From an uncultured Acidobacteriota bacterium (GTDB taxonomy: Bacteria; Acidobacteriota; Thermoanaerobaculia; Multivoradales; UBA5704): a DNA stretch of 64,000 nucleotides. The stretch spans positions 2,528,001 to 2,592,000 of the forward strand of contig OY969474.1 of the NCBI GenBank assembly GCA_963700145.1, given 5' to 3'. The notes under the pieces are model-generated. The model saw nothing but the letters and a program-made list of their open reading frames with translations. It had not been told where the DNA came from and searched no databases. Every line of letters starts with the position of its first letter. Position 1 is the first letter of the stretch. The translations under genes were made by a program, and so were the position numbers. Of this stretch, positions 8,368 to 18,216 are shown piece after piece.

Positions 8368-11300
8368 CTACGACAGCAGCAGCTCCAGGTCCTCGCGGGT
8401 GAGGCTGCGGAGCACTCCCTGGTCGGCCTGGATGATCGCGTCGGCCAGCTCGCGCTTGCTCTGCTGCAGCTCGAGGATCTTCTCCTCGACGGTGTCGCGC
8501 GCCACCAGCCGGTAGGCGAAGACGTGGCGGAGCTGGCCGATGCGGTGGGCGCGGTCGATCGCCTGCGCCTCGACCGCCGGGTTCCACCACGGGTCCAGCA
8601 GGTAGACGTAGTCGGCGGCCGTGAGGTTCAAGCCCAGGCCCCCCGCCTTGAGGCTGATGAGGAAGAGCCGGCAGTCGGGATCGTTCTGGAAGCGCTCCAC
8701 CGGCTTGGCGCGGTCGCGGGTCCTGCCGTCGAGGTACTCGTAAGGGACCCCCTGCTCGTCAAGCTGGCGGCGGAGGAGCGCCAGGAAGCTGGTGAACTGG
8801 GAGAAGACGAGGGCCTTGTGCCCTTCGTCGAGCACCTCTTCGAGCTGGGGCAGGAGGAGGTCGAGCTTGGCGCTCGGCTCCTCGCGCCTTTTCTCGTCGA
8901 GGAGGCCCGGATGGCAGGCCGCCTGGCGCAGACGCAAGAGGGCTTCGAGGACGAGGATCTTCGACTTGCCGAGGCCGCGCTCGCCGATGCTCTGGCCGAG
9001 CGCGGCGCGATACCCGTCGCGCAGCTCGTCGTAGAGCCGGCGCTGCCGCGTCGGCAGCTCGCAGTAGAGGGTCTGCTCCACGCGGTCCGGCAGCTCGGCG
9101 GCCACCTGCTGCTTGGTGCGGCGGAGGATGAAGGGGCGCACCGCGCTCGCCAGCAGCCGGCGGGTCGCTTCGTCTGGGGTGCGCAGCGCGCCGCCGTGCG
9201 CCCGCAGCACCGAGGAGGCGCCGAGCAGGCCGGGGTTCAAGAAATCGAGCAGGCTCCACAGCTCGCCGAGGTGGTTCTCGACGGGCGTTCCCGAGAGCGC
9301 CAGGCGGTGCCGGCCGCGCAGCAGCCGCACCGCCTTGGCGGACTGGCTGTCGGCGTTCTTGATCGCCTGCGCCTCGTCGAGGATGACGTAGTCCCATTCG
9401 ACCTGGTGGAGCAGCGCGGCGTCGCGGCGCAGCGTGCCGTAGGTCGTGAGGACCAGGTCGCATTCGGTGAAACTGTCCTCGGCCTGGGCGCGCCCGAGGC
9501 CGGTGTGGTTGACCACCCGCAGCTCGGGAGTGAAGCGCTCCGCCTCGGCGAGCCAGTTGAAGATCAGCGACCGGGGGACGACGACCAGCGACGGCCGCGG
9601 CCTCCCCTCCGCGCGCTCCAACCGACGGGCCTCCAGCAGGGCGAGGACCTGAACGGTCTTGCCGAGCCCCATGTCGTCCGCCAGGCAGCCGCCGAAGTCG
9701 AACTCGCGCAGGTAGTCGAACCATCCCAGGCCTTCACGCTGGTAGTCGCGCAGCGTGCCCTGGAAGCTGCTCGGCTCGACGGCGGGCCGCACCCCGGCGA
9801 AGGCGTGCAGCCGCTCGCGGGCGCGGGCGAAGGCCGCGTCGCAGGAGACCTCCGGCTCGCCGGCCAGGAGGGCGTCGAGCAGCGGCGCCTGAGCATGGGA
9901 GAACCGGATCCCCTCCTCCTGCAGCCGCCCGAGATCGGCGGCGCGGTCGAGCCGCCGCAGCCACTCCACGGGCAGGAGGCCGTAGCTGCCGTCGCCGAGG
10001 CGCACGAAGGACTCGCCGCGCCGCAAGGCGGCGAGCAGCTCGGGGAGCCGCGCCGCCTGCTCGCCGAAGGCGACCTCGCCGCGCAGCTCGAACCAGTCGA
10101 TGCCGGAGGCGACGGCCAGCCGGTTCACGCCGGCGGTGGCGTAGCGCCTGCCGTCGGCTTCGACGCGCCACCCGGCGGCGAGCAGGGCGGCGATGGCGGC
10201 GGCGAGCCGGGAGGGGTGGAGGCGCCAGACGAGCTTGTCGTCGGCGTGGCTCCAGACCGTCCGGAACCCCAGCTCCTCGAGCTCGCGGCCGGCGCGGCTC
10301 TCCGTCGCCGGGTCGCGCAGGAAGAGACGGCCCGCCTCCGCGTCGTAGAAGGCCGGACCGGGCGCGCCGGACACCACCTCCCCCGACCCGTAGCCGAAGG
10401 AGAGCTCGGCCCGCAGCCTGTCGCGCGCCGCGCCGGCCGCCCTGCCTCCCCAGAGGCGCAGCACCGGCTGCGGCGGCTCCTGCACCTGCTCGAGCTCCGG
10501 CGGCAGCTCGAGGGGCGGCAGGTCGGGGAGCATGAGCAGCTCTTCGAGGAAGGCCGCGCGCTCGCCCTCCGCCACGTGCAACCCGCCCGGCTGGCGCAGC
10601 TGGGCGATCCAGCCGAGGGCCTGCGGCGCCAGCGGCGCCGCGGCCGCGTTGGTGACCAGGATGCCGCTCGGCAGGAGCAGGACCGGGTCCGCGAGCGCCA
10701 TCCGCTCGGCGCCGCGGCGCAGGGACCCCAGCATCTGGAAGCCGCCGCCGGCCGCCGTCCGCAGCTCGAGCACCAGCTCCCACGGCGGGCCGTCCTCCCA
10801 GGCGAGCGGCGTCATCGCGACCGCCCGCGGCGAGCGGCGCAGGTGGAAGCGGCCGGTGGCGCAGAGCAGCGGCACGAGCAGACCGACCATCGCCTCCGGC
10901 ACCACGCTGCGGACGGGCAGGCTCTGGTGGCCGGCGCCGCGGCGGCCGGCGGGTCGGTGGGGAGCGGAGGCGGCGATCCCCGCCAGCAGCTGCAGGACCT
11001 CCCGGTCGGGCGTCGGCGGCAGGCGGGCGAGGCGGCCGAGCGGCAGCCGGGGGTGGCGCAGCCTGCCCTCCTCGCCGCCGTGCTTCCGGGTGCGCTGCAG
11101 GATCTCCAGCGAGAACCCCTGGCCGGCGCGGACGGCGGGCACGTCGAGGACGTAGAGCAGCTCCTCGAGCCGCGGCGGCCGGGCCGTCTCGGGCTGGTGC
11201 GGAGCGGCGCCGGCCAGGACGTTCCGCCACCGCGCCGGCGCGGCGTTGGCGGCGCCGGGGCGGCGCGTGTCGGGCGTCAACCGCTGGGGCAGCCGGCCGG

Positions 11301-11580
11301 CGGCGTCGGCGAGCCGGCCGTCGGCGGCGGCGGCCAGGACCGTCGCCCAGACGTGCTTGCAGCAGTCGCCGGTGGCGAAGAACGGACAGGTGCAGGAGGC
11401 GCGCAGCGTGTCCGCTTCGCGGAGCAGCAGCACGCGGTAGACGCGGCTGCCGCGCACGCTCGCCTCGATGCGGTCCGGGTCCCGCCGGCCGAGACCGACG
11501 CGCCGCTGCTGGAAGTAGCGCGCGCCGCGGCGGCGGACCGCGGCCTGGACGAACGGCGCGAGGGTGGCGGCTGGAGTCAT
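8368..11580 (-). CDS. SWIM zinc-finger / SNF2-family helicase-like ATPase
   Basis: CTCP...CKH SWIM; LADDMGLGKT, DEAQ, SGTP, FSQF, QAIDRAHRIGQ. Confidence 0.95.
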   Translation of the reverse strand: MTPAATLAPFVQAAVRRRGARYFQQRRVGLGRRDPDRIEASVRGSRVYRVLLLREADTLRASCTCPFFATGDCCKHVWATVLAAAADGRLADAAGRLPQRLTPDTRRPGAANAAPARWRNVLAGAAPHQPETARPPRLEELLYVLDVPAVRAGQGFSLEILQRTRKHGGEEGRLRHPRLPLGRLARLPPTPDREVLQLLAGIAASAPHRPAGRRGAGHQSLPVRSVVPEAMVGLLVPLLCATGRFHLRRSPRAVAMTPLAWEDGPPWELVLELRTAAGGGFQMLGSLRRGAERMALADPVLLLPSGILVTNAAAAPLAPQALGWIAQLRQPGGLHVAEGERAAFLEELLMLPDLPPLELPPELEQVQEPPQPVLRLWGGRAAGAARDRLRAELSFGYGSGEVVSGAPGPAFYDAEAGRLFLRDPATESRAGRELEELGFRTVWSHADDKLVWRLHPSRLAAAIAALLAAGWRVEADGRRYATAGVNRLAVASGIDWFELRGEVAFGEQAARLPELLAALRRGESFVRLGDGSYGLLPVEWLRRLDRAADLGRLQEEGIRFSHAQAPLLDALLAGEPEVSCDAAFARARERLHAFAGVRPAVEPSSFQGTLRDYQREGLGWFDYLREFDFGGCLADDMGLGKTVQVLALLEARRLERAEGRPRPSLVVVPRSLIFNWLAEAERFTPELRVVNHTGLGRAQAEDSFTECDLVLTTYGTLRRDAALLHQVEWDYVILDEAQAIKNADSQSAKAVRLLRGRHRLALSGTPVENHLGELWSLLDFLNPGLLGASSVLRAHGGALRTPDEATRRLLASAVRPFILRRTKQQVAAELPDRVEQTLYCELPTRQRRLYDELRDGYRAALGQSIGERGLGKSKILVLEALLRLRQAACHPGLLDEKRREEPSAKLDLLLPQLEEVLDEGHKALVFSQFTSFLALLRRQLDEQGVPYEYLDGRTRDRAKPVERFQNDPDCRLFLISLKAGGLGLNLTAADYVYLLDPWWNPAVEAQAIDRAHRIGQLRHVFAYRLVARDTVEEKILELQQSKRELADAIIQADQGVLRSLTREDLELLLS

Positions 11581-11585
11581 GACAG

Positions 11586-11617
11586 GAGCCCCCCGCGGCG
11601 GGCGCCGCGAGGGGCTC
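11586..11617 (-). terminator. Strong GC hairpin after the Rieske/cytochrome b operon
   Basis: GAGCCCC-C-CGCGGCG / CGCCGCG-A-GGGGCTC inverted repeat; no clear U-tract. Confidence 0.45.
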
Positions 11618-11638
11618 GTGGAGAAACGCGCGATGCGC

Positions 11639-12423
11639 CTAGGCCTTGGGCGCGAAGCTGAAGCTGACCTCGACCGTGCCGCTCTCGGGCACCGTCACCT
11701 GCTGGGTCTGCGTCCCCAGCTCCTCGTGCCAGGCCTCAAGCTCGTAGGTGCCCGGCGGCAGCTTGGCGATCGAGAAGCTGCCGTCCTCGCCGCTCACCGC
11801 GTAGTAAGGGTGCTCGAGGACGCCCATGTACGAGCTCATCCAGGGGTGGACGTCGCACTTGAAGGGAACCATGACCTCCTTCTGGGCGAAGGTCTTCTCG
11901 TTCTCCATCCCCTTCACCGGCTGGCCCTGGTTGAACTCATCGTTGGCCTGCGGCATGGCGTGGATGTTGTGCAGCGTGTCGTCGCTGTTGCGGATGACCA
12001 GCGCCTGGCCCACCTGGATGCCGGAGACGTGCGGGTGGTACTGGCAACCCTGCTGATCGAGCACCTTCTTCTCGTCCGGCGCGTCGAAGGTCATCCCCGC
12101 CGGCAGCCCCGACTTGACGTAGACGAAGACGTTGGCGAGGTTGCCGTCCTTGGCGACGATCTTTTCGGTGGTGACAGGCGTGGTGTGCAGGCCGGCGCAG
12201 ACCGCGTCGGCGTCCATGGCGATCGGGGTGTCGGGATCGGCGGTACCGGAGTAGGCCACCTTGCCGTTGACCGTGCCGGCCTTCGACTCGTCGAAGCCGG
12301 CCGGCGCGGTCTCCTCGGCCTGCTCCCCCCTTCGGACGACGCCTTCTCGCCGCCGCCGCAGGCGGCGAAGACCGCCACCAGGCAGAGGGCGAAGAGCGCC
12401 AACAGCGAGTTCCTCTTGATCAC
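11639..12423 (-). CDS. Cupredoxin-like / carboxypeptidase-regulatory-like lipoprotein, frameshifted in a G6 run
   Basis: AAGGAGG RBS and GTG 12423 give lipobox LVAVFAAC; one base missing at 12325-12330 joins it to the frame with LHNIH...CDVHPWM. Confidence 0.8.
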
Positions 12424-12520
12424 GTGCAGCCTCCTTGTGGATTCGTGGATGGCCGGAGGGGGGCCCCAAGGGCGCTCCGGCGCGTGAATTATATGCAGGA
12501 CTCGGGCCGGACCCGGGGCC

Positions 12521-15500
12521 TCAGGGCGCTCCGGCGGCGACCGGCGCGGTCTCCGTTTCGTGCGCCGGCGCGGGTGCCACACCGGCACGCAGCCCGCCCC
12601 CGAGGCGCCAGATGTGATCGCGGAGCGCCGCGGTCACCTTGCCGACGTCGTTCAAGTAGGCCTTGAGCTCCGCCTCCGAGCCGAAGTGGGCGAGGAGGCG
12701 CTGCCTCTCGGCGGCGTAGCGCGGCTGGTCGATGGCCATGACCGCGGGCGACATCCGCTTGCCCGGCTCGACCTCGGGGAAGAAGGCGGGCATGCGGGTG
12801 CCCGGCACCCAGCGCTGCGGGTCCTCGATCCAGGAGGGCACCCAGACGTGGCGCAGGCGGTCGTTGGCGAGGAGCAGCGACGGCGCCAGCTCGGCGGTCG
12901 CGGCGCCGGCGGCCACCGGCCCGGAGGGGTGGCACTTGGCGCACTGGAACATGTCGAAGACCACCTGGCCCACCGCCAGCTCGCGCGGGTGCGCCGCGAC
13001 CGGCGCCGTGGTCAGCGGGTAGGCCGCGTCGCGCGAGGCGAAGTAGGAGACGACGGTGTTGACCTCGTCGTCGCTGAACTGGAAGGTCGGCATGCGCACG
13101 GTGAGCCAGGGCCGCATCGTCACCCGCGACGGGTCGTGGAGGTAGGCGAAAAGCCAGTCGCCCTGGACGCGCGCCCCCTCGGCCGCCAGGTTCGGCGGCA
13201 GGAAGGCCGGATCCTGGATCATGCTCTTGATGGCGTGCCCGTGCCCCTCGATCAGGTGGCACCCCTGGCAGTTGTAGCGGGTGATCAGCTTCCTGCCCGC
13301 GGCCAGCGTCGCGCCGCCGCCGCCGTTGCCCGCCTTGCGGGTCGCGACGACCGACTCCTTGGTGAAGCCGAGGAGGTTCGAGAGCACCGCCTTGGCCTCG
13401 CGGTCGCTCATGCCGAAGCTCGGCATCTTGAGCAGCTCGTTGTAGTCCTTGACCTCCTCCTTCCCCTCGTCGAAGACCCGCGGCCGCTCGAGCTTGGTCT
13501 CGAGCCAGTCCTGGCGGGTGTGCGCCACCTCGTGGACGTGCCCGAAGTCGAACTGGTGGACCGGCTTCGAGCCCTCCTCGGTCAGCTCGGTGCCGATCGG
13601 CTTGAAGTCCTCGAAGCCCTTGATGTCGTGGCAGCCGTAGCAGCCGTACTTGGCGATCGACTGCTGGCCGAGGTAGACCAGCCGCTCGCCAGGGTTCATC
13701 TCCTCCTTGAGGCGCTTCTCGGCGGCGGTGATCGAGAGGGTGTTGGTGAGGTAGCCCAGGACCAGCTCGTCGCGCTGCTTCGCGGGTGCTCCCGGCAGGC
13801 GCAGCCCTTCGTACTTCGGGTCGCGCGACGAGAGCAGGTAGGCGGTGACGTCGGCGGCTTCCTTGTCGGTCAGCCGCAGGTCCGGCATGTTGGTCTCGGG
13901 GAAGTACTCCTTGGGGTTCCGCACCCAGGCGTAGAGCCAGCCGGGGTCGACCTTGCTGCCGGTGCGCACCAGGTTCGGGCCGTGCAGGCGGTTGATCGTG
14001 GGGAAGAAGTCGTCGCGCTTGGCCTTGCCGTCGAGCACGTGGCAGCCGGCGCAGCCGACGGTCTCGAAGAGCTGCTTGCCGGCCGCCGGGTCGCCGGCGG
14101 GCGGCGCGGGATACCGCGGCCGCTCCGACTGCTGCCAGAGGTAGGCGACGATGCCGGCGATCTCCGCCCGCTGCCGCTCGAGGTCCCCCGGCCGGTCGGT
14201 GTTCTCCTGGTGGAAGAAGTGGGGCATCCAGGTCGTCGGGTGGAAGTCGCGCGGCGCCTCGATCCAGCGGTAGGCCCACTGCGGCGTCGTCTTGCCGGCG
14301 ATGCGCTCGAGCGACGGCCCCGCCTTGCGCAGGCCCGTGAAGGGGGGCAGCTCGATCGGGTGGCACCCCTGGCAGCCCATGTGGACGATCAGCTCGCGGC
14401 CGACATCCTGGTGCTCCGAGCGCGGCGTCCAGACGTCGCCGGCGTGGCAGGAGACGCACCCCGCCTCCGACATCTTGGCCGGCAGGATCGGCGTCTCCAG
14501 GTACTTCTGCGGCTCCCAGCCCCACTTCTCCTGCCACTGCCGCGCCTCCTCCTCGGACTCCGGCGTGTGGCCGGCGCGCGCGAACTCGGTGGCGCGGTCG
14601 AGGCCGCCGTGGCAGGTGGTGCAGCCGAAGCGGGTGTACGGGTGGGGCGAGCTGTCGCCGACGAAGAGGTCGAGCCGCGGGTGGGTGCGGAAGGGCTGCT
14701 TCCACTCCTTGTCGTCCTCGAAGCCGGGGCGGTTGGCCGCCACGTGGCAGGTCATGCAGCGGTCGACGCGGTCGACGTCGGTGAAGTTGATGTCGTGGTA
14801 GAGGCCGGGGAGGATGACCTGCTCGATCTTGAGGCTCGGCTGGACGAAGTCCATGAGCGGCGCGTTGAGGAGGAAGAAGTCGAGGTCCTTGGAGAGCTGG
14901 GCGAGCCGCTCCTCGAGCCCGGTGAGCCCTTCGCGCAACGCCTCCAGCCGCTCCTCGGCGGCGGTGCGCGAGGCGGTGCGCTCGGCGATCTGCTTCTGCT
15001 TGGTGGCGCGGGCCTCGCTGAACCCCTCGAGCGCCACCTTCTCCTGGCGCAGCTTCTCCCGCAGCTCCGCGACCTGCCGCTCCTTCTCCCCGATCTCGCC
15101 CTTGTCTCCCCCCTGGATCGCCTCGTCGTACTGGTAGCGGGCGGTGTCGAGGAGCGACTTGGTGGCGCGCCAGCGGGCGTCGGTGGCGTAGACCTGGTCG
15201 CCGAGGTCGCGCTCCTCGGCGCGCAGCTTGTCGATCTCCTCCTCGTGGGCGGCGATCTCCTTCTCGGCGGCGGCGATGTCCTTCTCGAGCTGGGCGATCT
15301 GCTGCTCGTCGATCTTCTTCCGCTCCGCCTCCATCTCCTTCTGCACCTTCGCCCGCTCGAGGGAGCGGAACTCCGCCTGCAGCCGCTTCCAGGGCAGCGC
15401 GTAGTCGGCCACCACCATCCAGATCGTCACGCCGAGCAGCGCCAGGGAGCTCAGCGCGAAGACCATGTTCATGCCACCGAAGTCGTAGTGGCGGTCGGGG

Positions 15501-15532
15501 CGCTTCTCGGGCGGAGACGAGCGGGTCGCCAT
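12521..15532 (-). CDS. Membrane-anchored octaheme cytochrome c with a long coiled coil
   Basis: 8 CxxCH motifs (CMTCH, CTTCH, CVSCH, CQGCH, CAGCH, CYGCH, CQGCH, CAKCH); N-terminal TM then an E/K-rich coiled coil. Confidence 0.92.
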   Translation of the reverse strand: MATRSSPPEKRPDRHYDFGGMNMVFALSSLALLGVTIWMVVADYALPWKRLQAEFRSLERAKVQKEMEAERKKIDEQQIAQLEKDIAAAEKEIAAHEEEIDKLRAEERDLGDQVYATDARWRATKSLLDTARYQYDEAIQGGDKGEIGEKERQVAELREKLRQEKVALEGFSEARATKQKQIAERTASRTAAEERLEALREGLTGLEERLAQLSKDLDFFLLNAPLMDFVQPSLKIEQVILPGLYHDINFTDVDRVDRCMTCHVAANRPGFEDDKEWKQPFRTHPRLDLFVGDSSPHPYTRFGCTTCHGGLDRATEFARAGHTPESEEEARQWQEKWGWEPQKYLETPILPAKMSEAGCVSCHAGDVWTPRSEHQDVGRELIVHMGCQGCHPIELPPFTGLRKAGPSLERIAGKTTPQWAYRWIEAPRDFHPTTWMPHFFHQENTDRPGDLERQRAEIAGIVAYLWQQSERPRYPAPPAGDPAAGKQLFETVGCAGCHVLDGKAKRDDFFPTINRLHGPNLVRTGSKVDPGWLYAWVRNPKEYFPETNMPDLRLTDKEAADVTAYLLSSRDPKYEGLRLPGAPAKQRDELVLGYLTNTLSITAAEKRLKEEMNPGERLVYLGQQSIAKYGCYGCHDIKGFEDFKPIGTELTEEGSKPVHQFDFGHVHEVAHTRQDWLETKLERPRVFDEGKEEVKDYNELLKMPSFGMSDREAKAVLSNLLGFTKESVVATRKAGNGGGGATLAAGRKLITRYNCQGCHLIEGHGHAIKSMIQDPAFLPPNLAAEGARVQGDWLFAYLHDPSRVTMRPWLTVRMPTFQFSDDEVNTVVSYFASRDAAYPLTTAPVAAHPRELAVGQVVFDMFQCAKCHPSGPVAAGAATAELAPSLLLANDRLRHVWVPSWIEDPQRWVPGTRMPAFFPEVEPGKRMSPAVMAIDQPRYAAERQRLLAHFGSEAELKAYLNDVGKVTAALRDHIWRLGGGLRAGVAPAPAHETETAPVAAGAP

Positions 15533-15533
15533 G

Positions 15534-16616
15534 TCAGATGTTGAAGAAGAACTCCTGGATGTGGATGAAGTACTTGAGGTTGAAAAGCCAGCGGCAGTAC
15601 ATCTTGATCGGCAGCATCATCATGACCAGGAAGAGGCTGATGCCGACGTAGAAGCGCGGCGCTCCCATCTTCTCGTAGTAGCGCCGCCCCCAGCGGGTCT
15701 TCTTGGCGAGAAGCACCGGCAGGACGACCAGGTAGAAGCCGACGAGGAGGATCCCGGGTAGTTCCCTGATGAACCAGTTGCCGGGGAGCCCCGTGCCCAG
15801 CATGCGCACCCAGAAGTACTCCGAGAGGTCGACGTTGACCAGCGGCTCGACCTTGTTGACGTCCCAGAACTCGTAAGGCCCGAAGAAGTTCCAGTTCGGC
15901 CCGCGGAGGAAGGTGCCGATGACGATCATCTGCGTCCAGAGCAGCAGGAAGCCGAAGAGGAAGAGCGCGATCTCGACCCGGCGCTCGCGGAAGGTGAAGT
16001 AGCCGTTCCCCTTGGGGTTGGTGTCGATGTAGGGGATGGCCATCAAGCCCACGATGATGAGCCCCGGCAGCACCACGCCCGCCATCCACGGGTCGTAGTA
16101 GACGAGCATCTCCTGGAGCCCCAGGAAGTACCAGGGCGCCTTCGACGGGTTGGGCGCGATCGACGGGTTGGCCGCCTCCTCGAGCGGCGCCTTGAGGACG
16201 ATCGACCACACGGTCAGCGCCACGGTCAGCACCACCATGCAGATGAACTCGGAGAAGACCAGGTCGGGCCAGGTGAAGATGCGGTCCTCGACCTCGGTCG
16301 ACTCGAACGTCGGGTCGCCGCGCGCCGTCAGCTCGTCGTTGCGGTGCCCCTTGTACATGGCGAACCAGACGAAGAAACCGACCAGGAAGACCATCATCAC
16401 GATCGGCACGTTGTCCGGCTTGGCGACGACCGAGAAGAAGTCCTCGTCGAGCATCGACAGCAGCAGGAAGACGACGCCGACCGCCAGCGCGATGAGGCCC
16501 CCGCGCTTGGTCCACAGCGACTTCGACCAGAGCATCAGCCCGAAGAGGCCGATCGACAGGGTGAACGACCACCAGGGGTAGGAGAGCGCGTTGATCGCGT
16601 CCTTGAGGAATTCCAT
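15534..16616 (-). CDS. Cytochrome b subunit IV (PetD/QcrC-like) with extra TMs
   Basis: IFTWPDL, PLEEAANP...KAPWYFLGLQE, IPYID. Confidence 0.85.
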   Translation of the reverse strand: MEFLKDAINALSYPWWSFTLSIGLFGLMLWSKSLWTKRGGLIALAVGVVFLLLSMLDEDFFSVVAKPDNVPIVMMVFLVGFFVWFAMYKGHRNDELTARGDPTFESTEVEDRIFTWPDLVFSEFICMVVLTVALTVWSIVLKAPLEEAANPSIAPNPSKAPWYFLGLQEMLVYYDPWMAGVVLPGLIIVGLMAIPYIDTNPKGNGYFTFRERRVEIALFLFGFLLLWTQMIVIGTFLRGPNWNFFGPYEFWDVNKVEPLVNVDLSEYFWVRMLGTGLPGNWFIRELPGILLVGFYLVVLPVLLAKKTRWGRRYYEKMGAPRFYVGISLFLVMMMLPIKMYCRWLFNLKYFIHIQEFFFNI

Positions 16617-16620
16617 ACGC

Positions 16621-17397
16621 CTAGACCGGGCCCGAGATGCCGCCGTCCTTGCGCACGCGCCAGAAGTGGACGGCGATCAGGAAGGCGGCGACGAGCGGGA
16701 TGCCGACGCAGTGGAGCACGTAGAAGCGGAGCAAGGTGCCGCCGCCGATGGTGCGGCCGGCGATCAGCGCGAAGCGGGCGTCGCTGCCGACGTGGATCAG
16801 TTTCTGCCCGCCGAGCGACAGCAGCGCGGCGCCGGGCCCTTCGTGACCTAAGAGGGGTGTGGCGCGCGCCATGTTCGAGCCGACGGTGATCGCCCAGATG
16901 GCGAGCTGGTCCCAGGGCAGCAGGTACCCGGTGAAGGAGAGCAGGAGCGTCAGCACCAGCAGGATGACGCCGACGTTCCAGTTGAACTCGCGCGGCGGCT
17001 TGTAGGAGCCGGTCATGAAGACGCGGAACATGTGCAGCCAGACCGCGATGACCATGGCGTGCGCGCCCCAGCGGTGGAGCTCGCGCATGATGCCGAAGGC
17101 CAACGCCTCGCGCAGGTCGAGCATGTCGACGTAGGCGTACTCGACGGTGGGGCGGTAGTAGAACATCAGCAGCAGGCCGGTGATCGTCTCGACCAGGAAG
17201 AGGAAGAACGCCGTCCCCCCCATGCACCAGGTGTAGCTCATCCGGATGCCCGACTTCTTGACCTTGATCGGGTGCAGGTGGAGCACCACGTTGCCGAGCA
17301 TCGCCAGCGCGCGCTTGCGGTTGTCGGTGGGGATGCCGACGCGGAAGATCGAGCGCCAGATCTGCGACTTGGTGATGCTCTTGCCGAGGTTTGCCAT
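16621..17397 (-). CDS. petB: Cytochrome b6-type short cytochrome b
   Basis: WCMGG heme ci Cys; four His ligands; [24 protein letters not shown] terminus. Confidence 0.93.
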   Translation of the reverse strand: MANLGKSITKSQIWRSIFRVGIPTDNRKRALAMLGNVVLHLHPIKVKKSGIRMSYTWCMGGTAFFLFLVETITGLLLMFYYRPTVEYAYVDMLDLREALAFGIMRELHRWGAHAMVIAVWLHMFRVFMTGSYKPPREFNWNVGVILLVLTLLLSFTGYLLPWDQLAIWAITVGSNMARATPLLGHEGPGAALLSLGGQKLIHVGSDARFALIAGRTIGGGTLLRFYVLHCVGIPLVAAFLIAVHFWRVRKDGGISGPV

Positions 17398-17435
17398 GCG
17401 CCCTCGCGAGTCGTCCTGGGTCCGTCAGGCGTGTT

Positions 17436-18113
17436 CTATGCGACCGGGATGTAGGAGCTGGGGTCTTCCCACTGCCCCATCTCCCACTGGAACTTCTGCG
17501 CCTTGTCCACCACGACCTGCCCGTCGTCGGGACTGATGTAGATGCGCGCCCGCTCGAGCGGCCGCGGGGTGGGGCCCTCGAAGTTGATGCCGCTCTTGTA
17601 GTAGCCGCTGCCGTGGCAGGGGCACTTGAACTTGTTCTGGGTCGCCAGCCAGGCCGGCGGGCAGCCGAGGTGGGTGCAGATGGCGATGAGGGAGAAAATC
17701 CGTCCTCCCTCGTTGACGATCCAGACGCCGTACTGGTCGACGAAGCGGGTGTCCACGACGCCGACCGGGAAGTCCTCGGGCTTGCCGACCTTGAAGGTGG
17801 TGGGCGGCTCGTAGAGGACGTTGGGGAACATGAAGCGGGTCATCGCCGTGACGCAGCCGCCGATCGCGGCCGCGAACCCGACCCACGCCACCGCCGCCCA
17901 GGAGAACTCGCGGCGCGTCACCTCGCCGGCGGGCGCGGCGGGCGCGGCGGTCTTCTTGGCCGGTCCGAAAGCGCTCTGGTCGGGAGGGGTGGGCTGCTTC
18001 TTGGCGAGCGGGACGGGGGCGCGGGCGGCGGTGGGCTCGGCGGCCGCTCCGGCTTCGGGAGCGGCCGGAGCCTCGCCTGCGGGCGCCGTGCCGTCCTGGA
18101 TTTCGTCAGCCAT
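17436..18113 (-). CDS. Rieske 2Fe-2S subunit
   Basis: CTHLGC and CPCHGS boxes, TRREF Tat motif, GPTPRPL. Confidence 0.95.
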   Translation of the reverse strand: MADEIQDGTAPAGEAPAAPEAGAAAEPTAARAPVPLAKKQPTPPDQSAFGPAKKTAAPAAPAGEVTRREFSWAAVAWVGFAAAIGGCVTAMTRFMFPNVLYEPPTTFKVGKPEDFPVGVVDTRFVDQYGVWIVNEGGRIFSLIAICTHLGCPPAWLATQNKFKCPCHGSGYYKSGINFEGPTPRPLERARIYISPDDGQVVVDKAQKFQWEMGQWEDPSSYIPVA

Positions 18114-18216
18114 GTTGCCCCTTTCGCGGTGCGACGGGTGTGGCCGGTGGAAGCGGGCTCTTTCTAGCGGAGCCGCCCGGCCGCGTCAAGAGCCTGAAGA
18201 GTTCCGCGCGCGCCCC

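Noticed and set aside
8524-15544. Very long plus-strand ORFs (1045 and 994 aa; similar ones at 19882, 46111 and 57010)
   Set aside because: Antisense shadows of well-supported genes in high-GC DNA; no motifs
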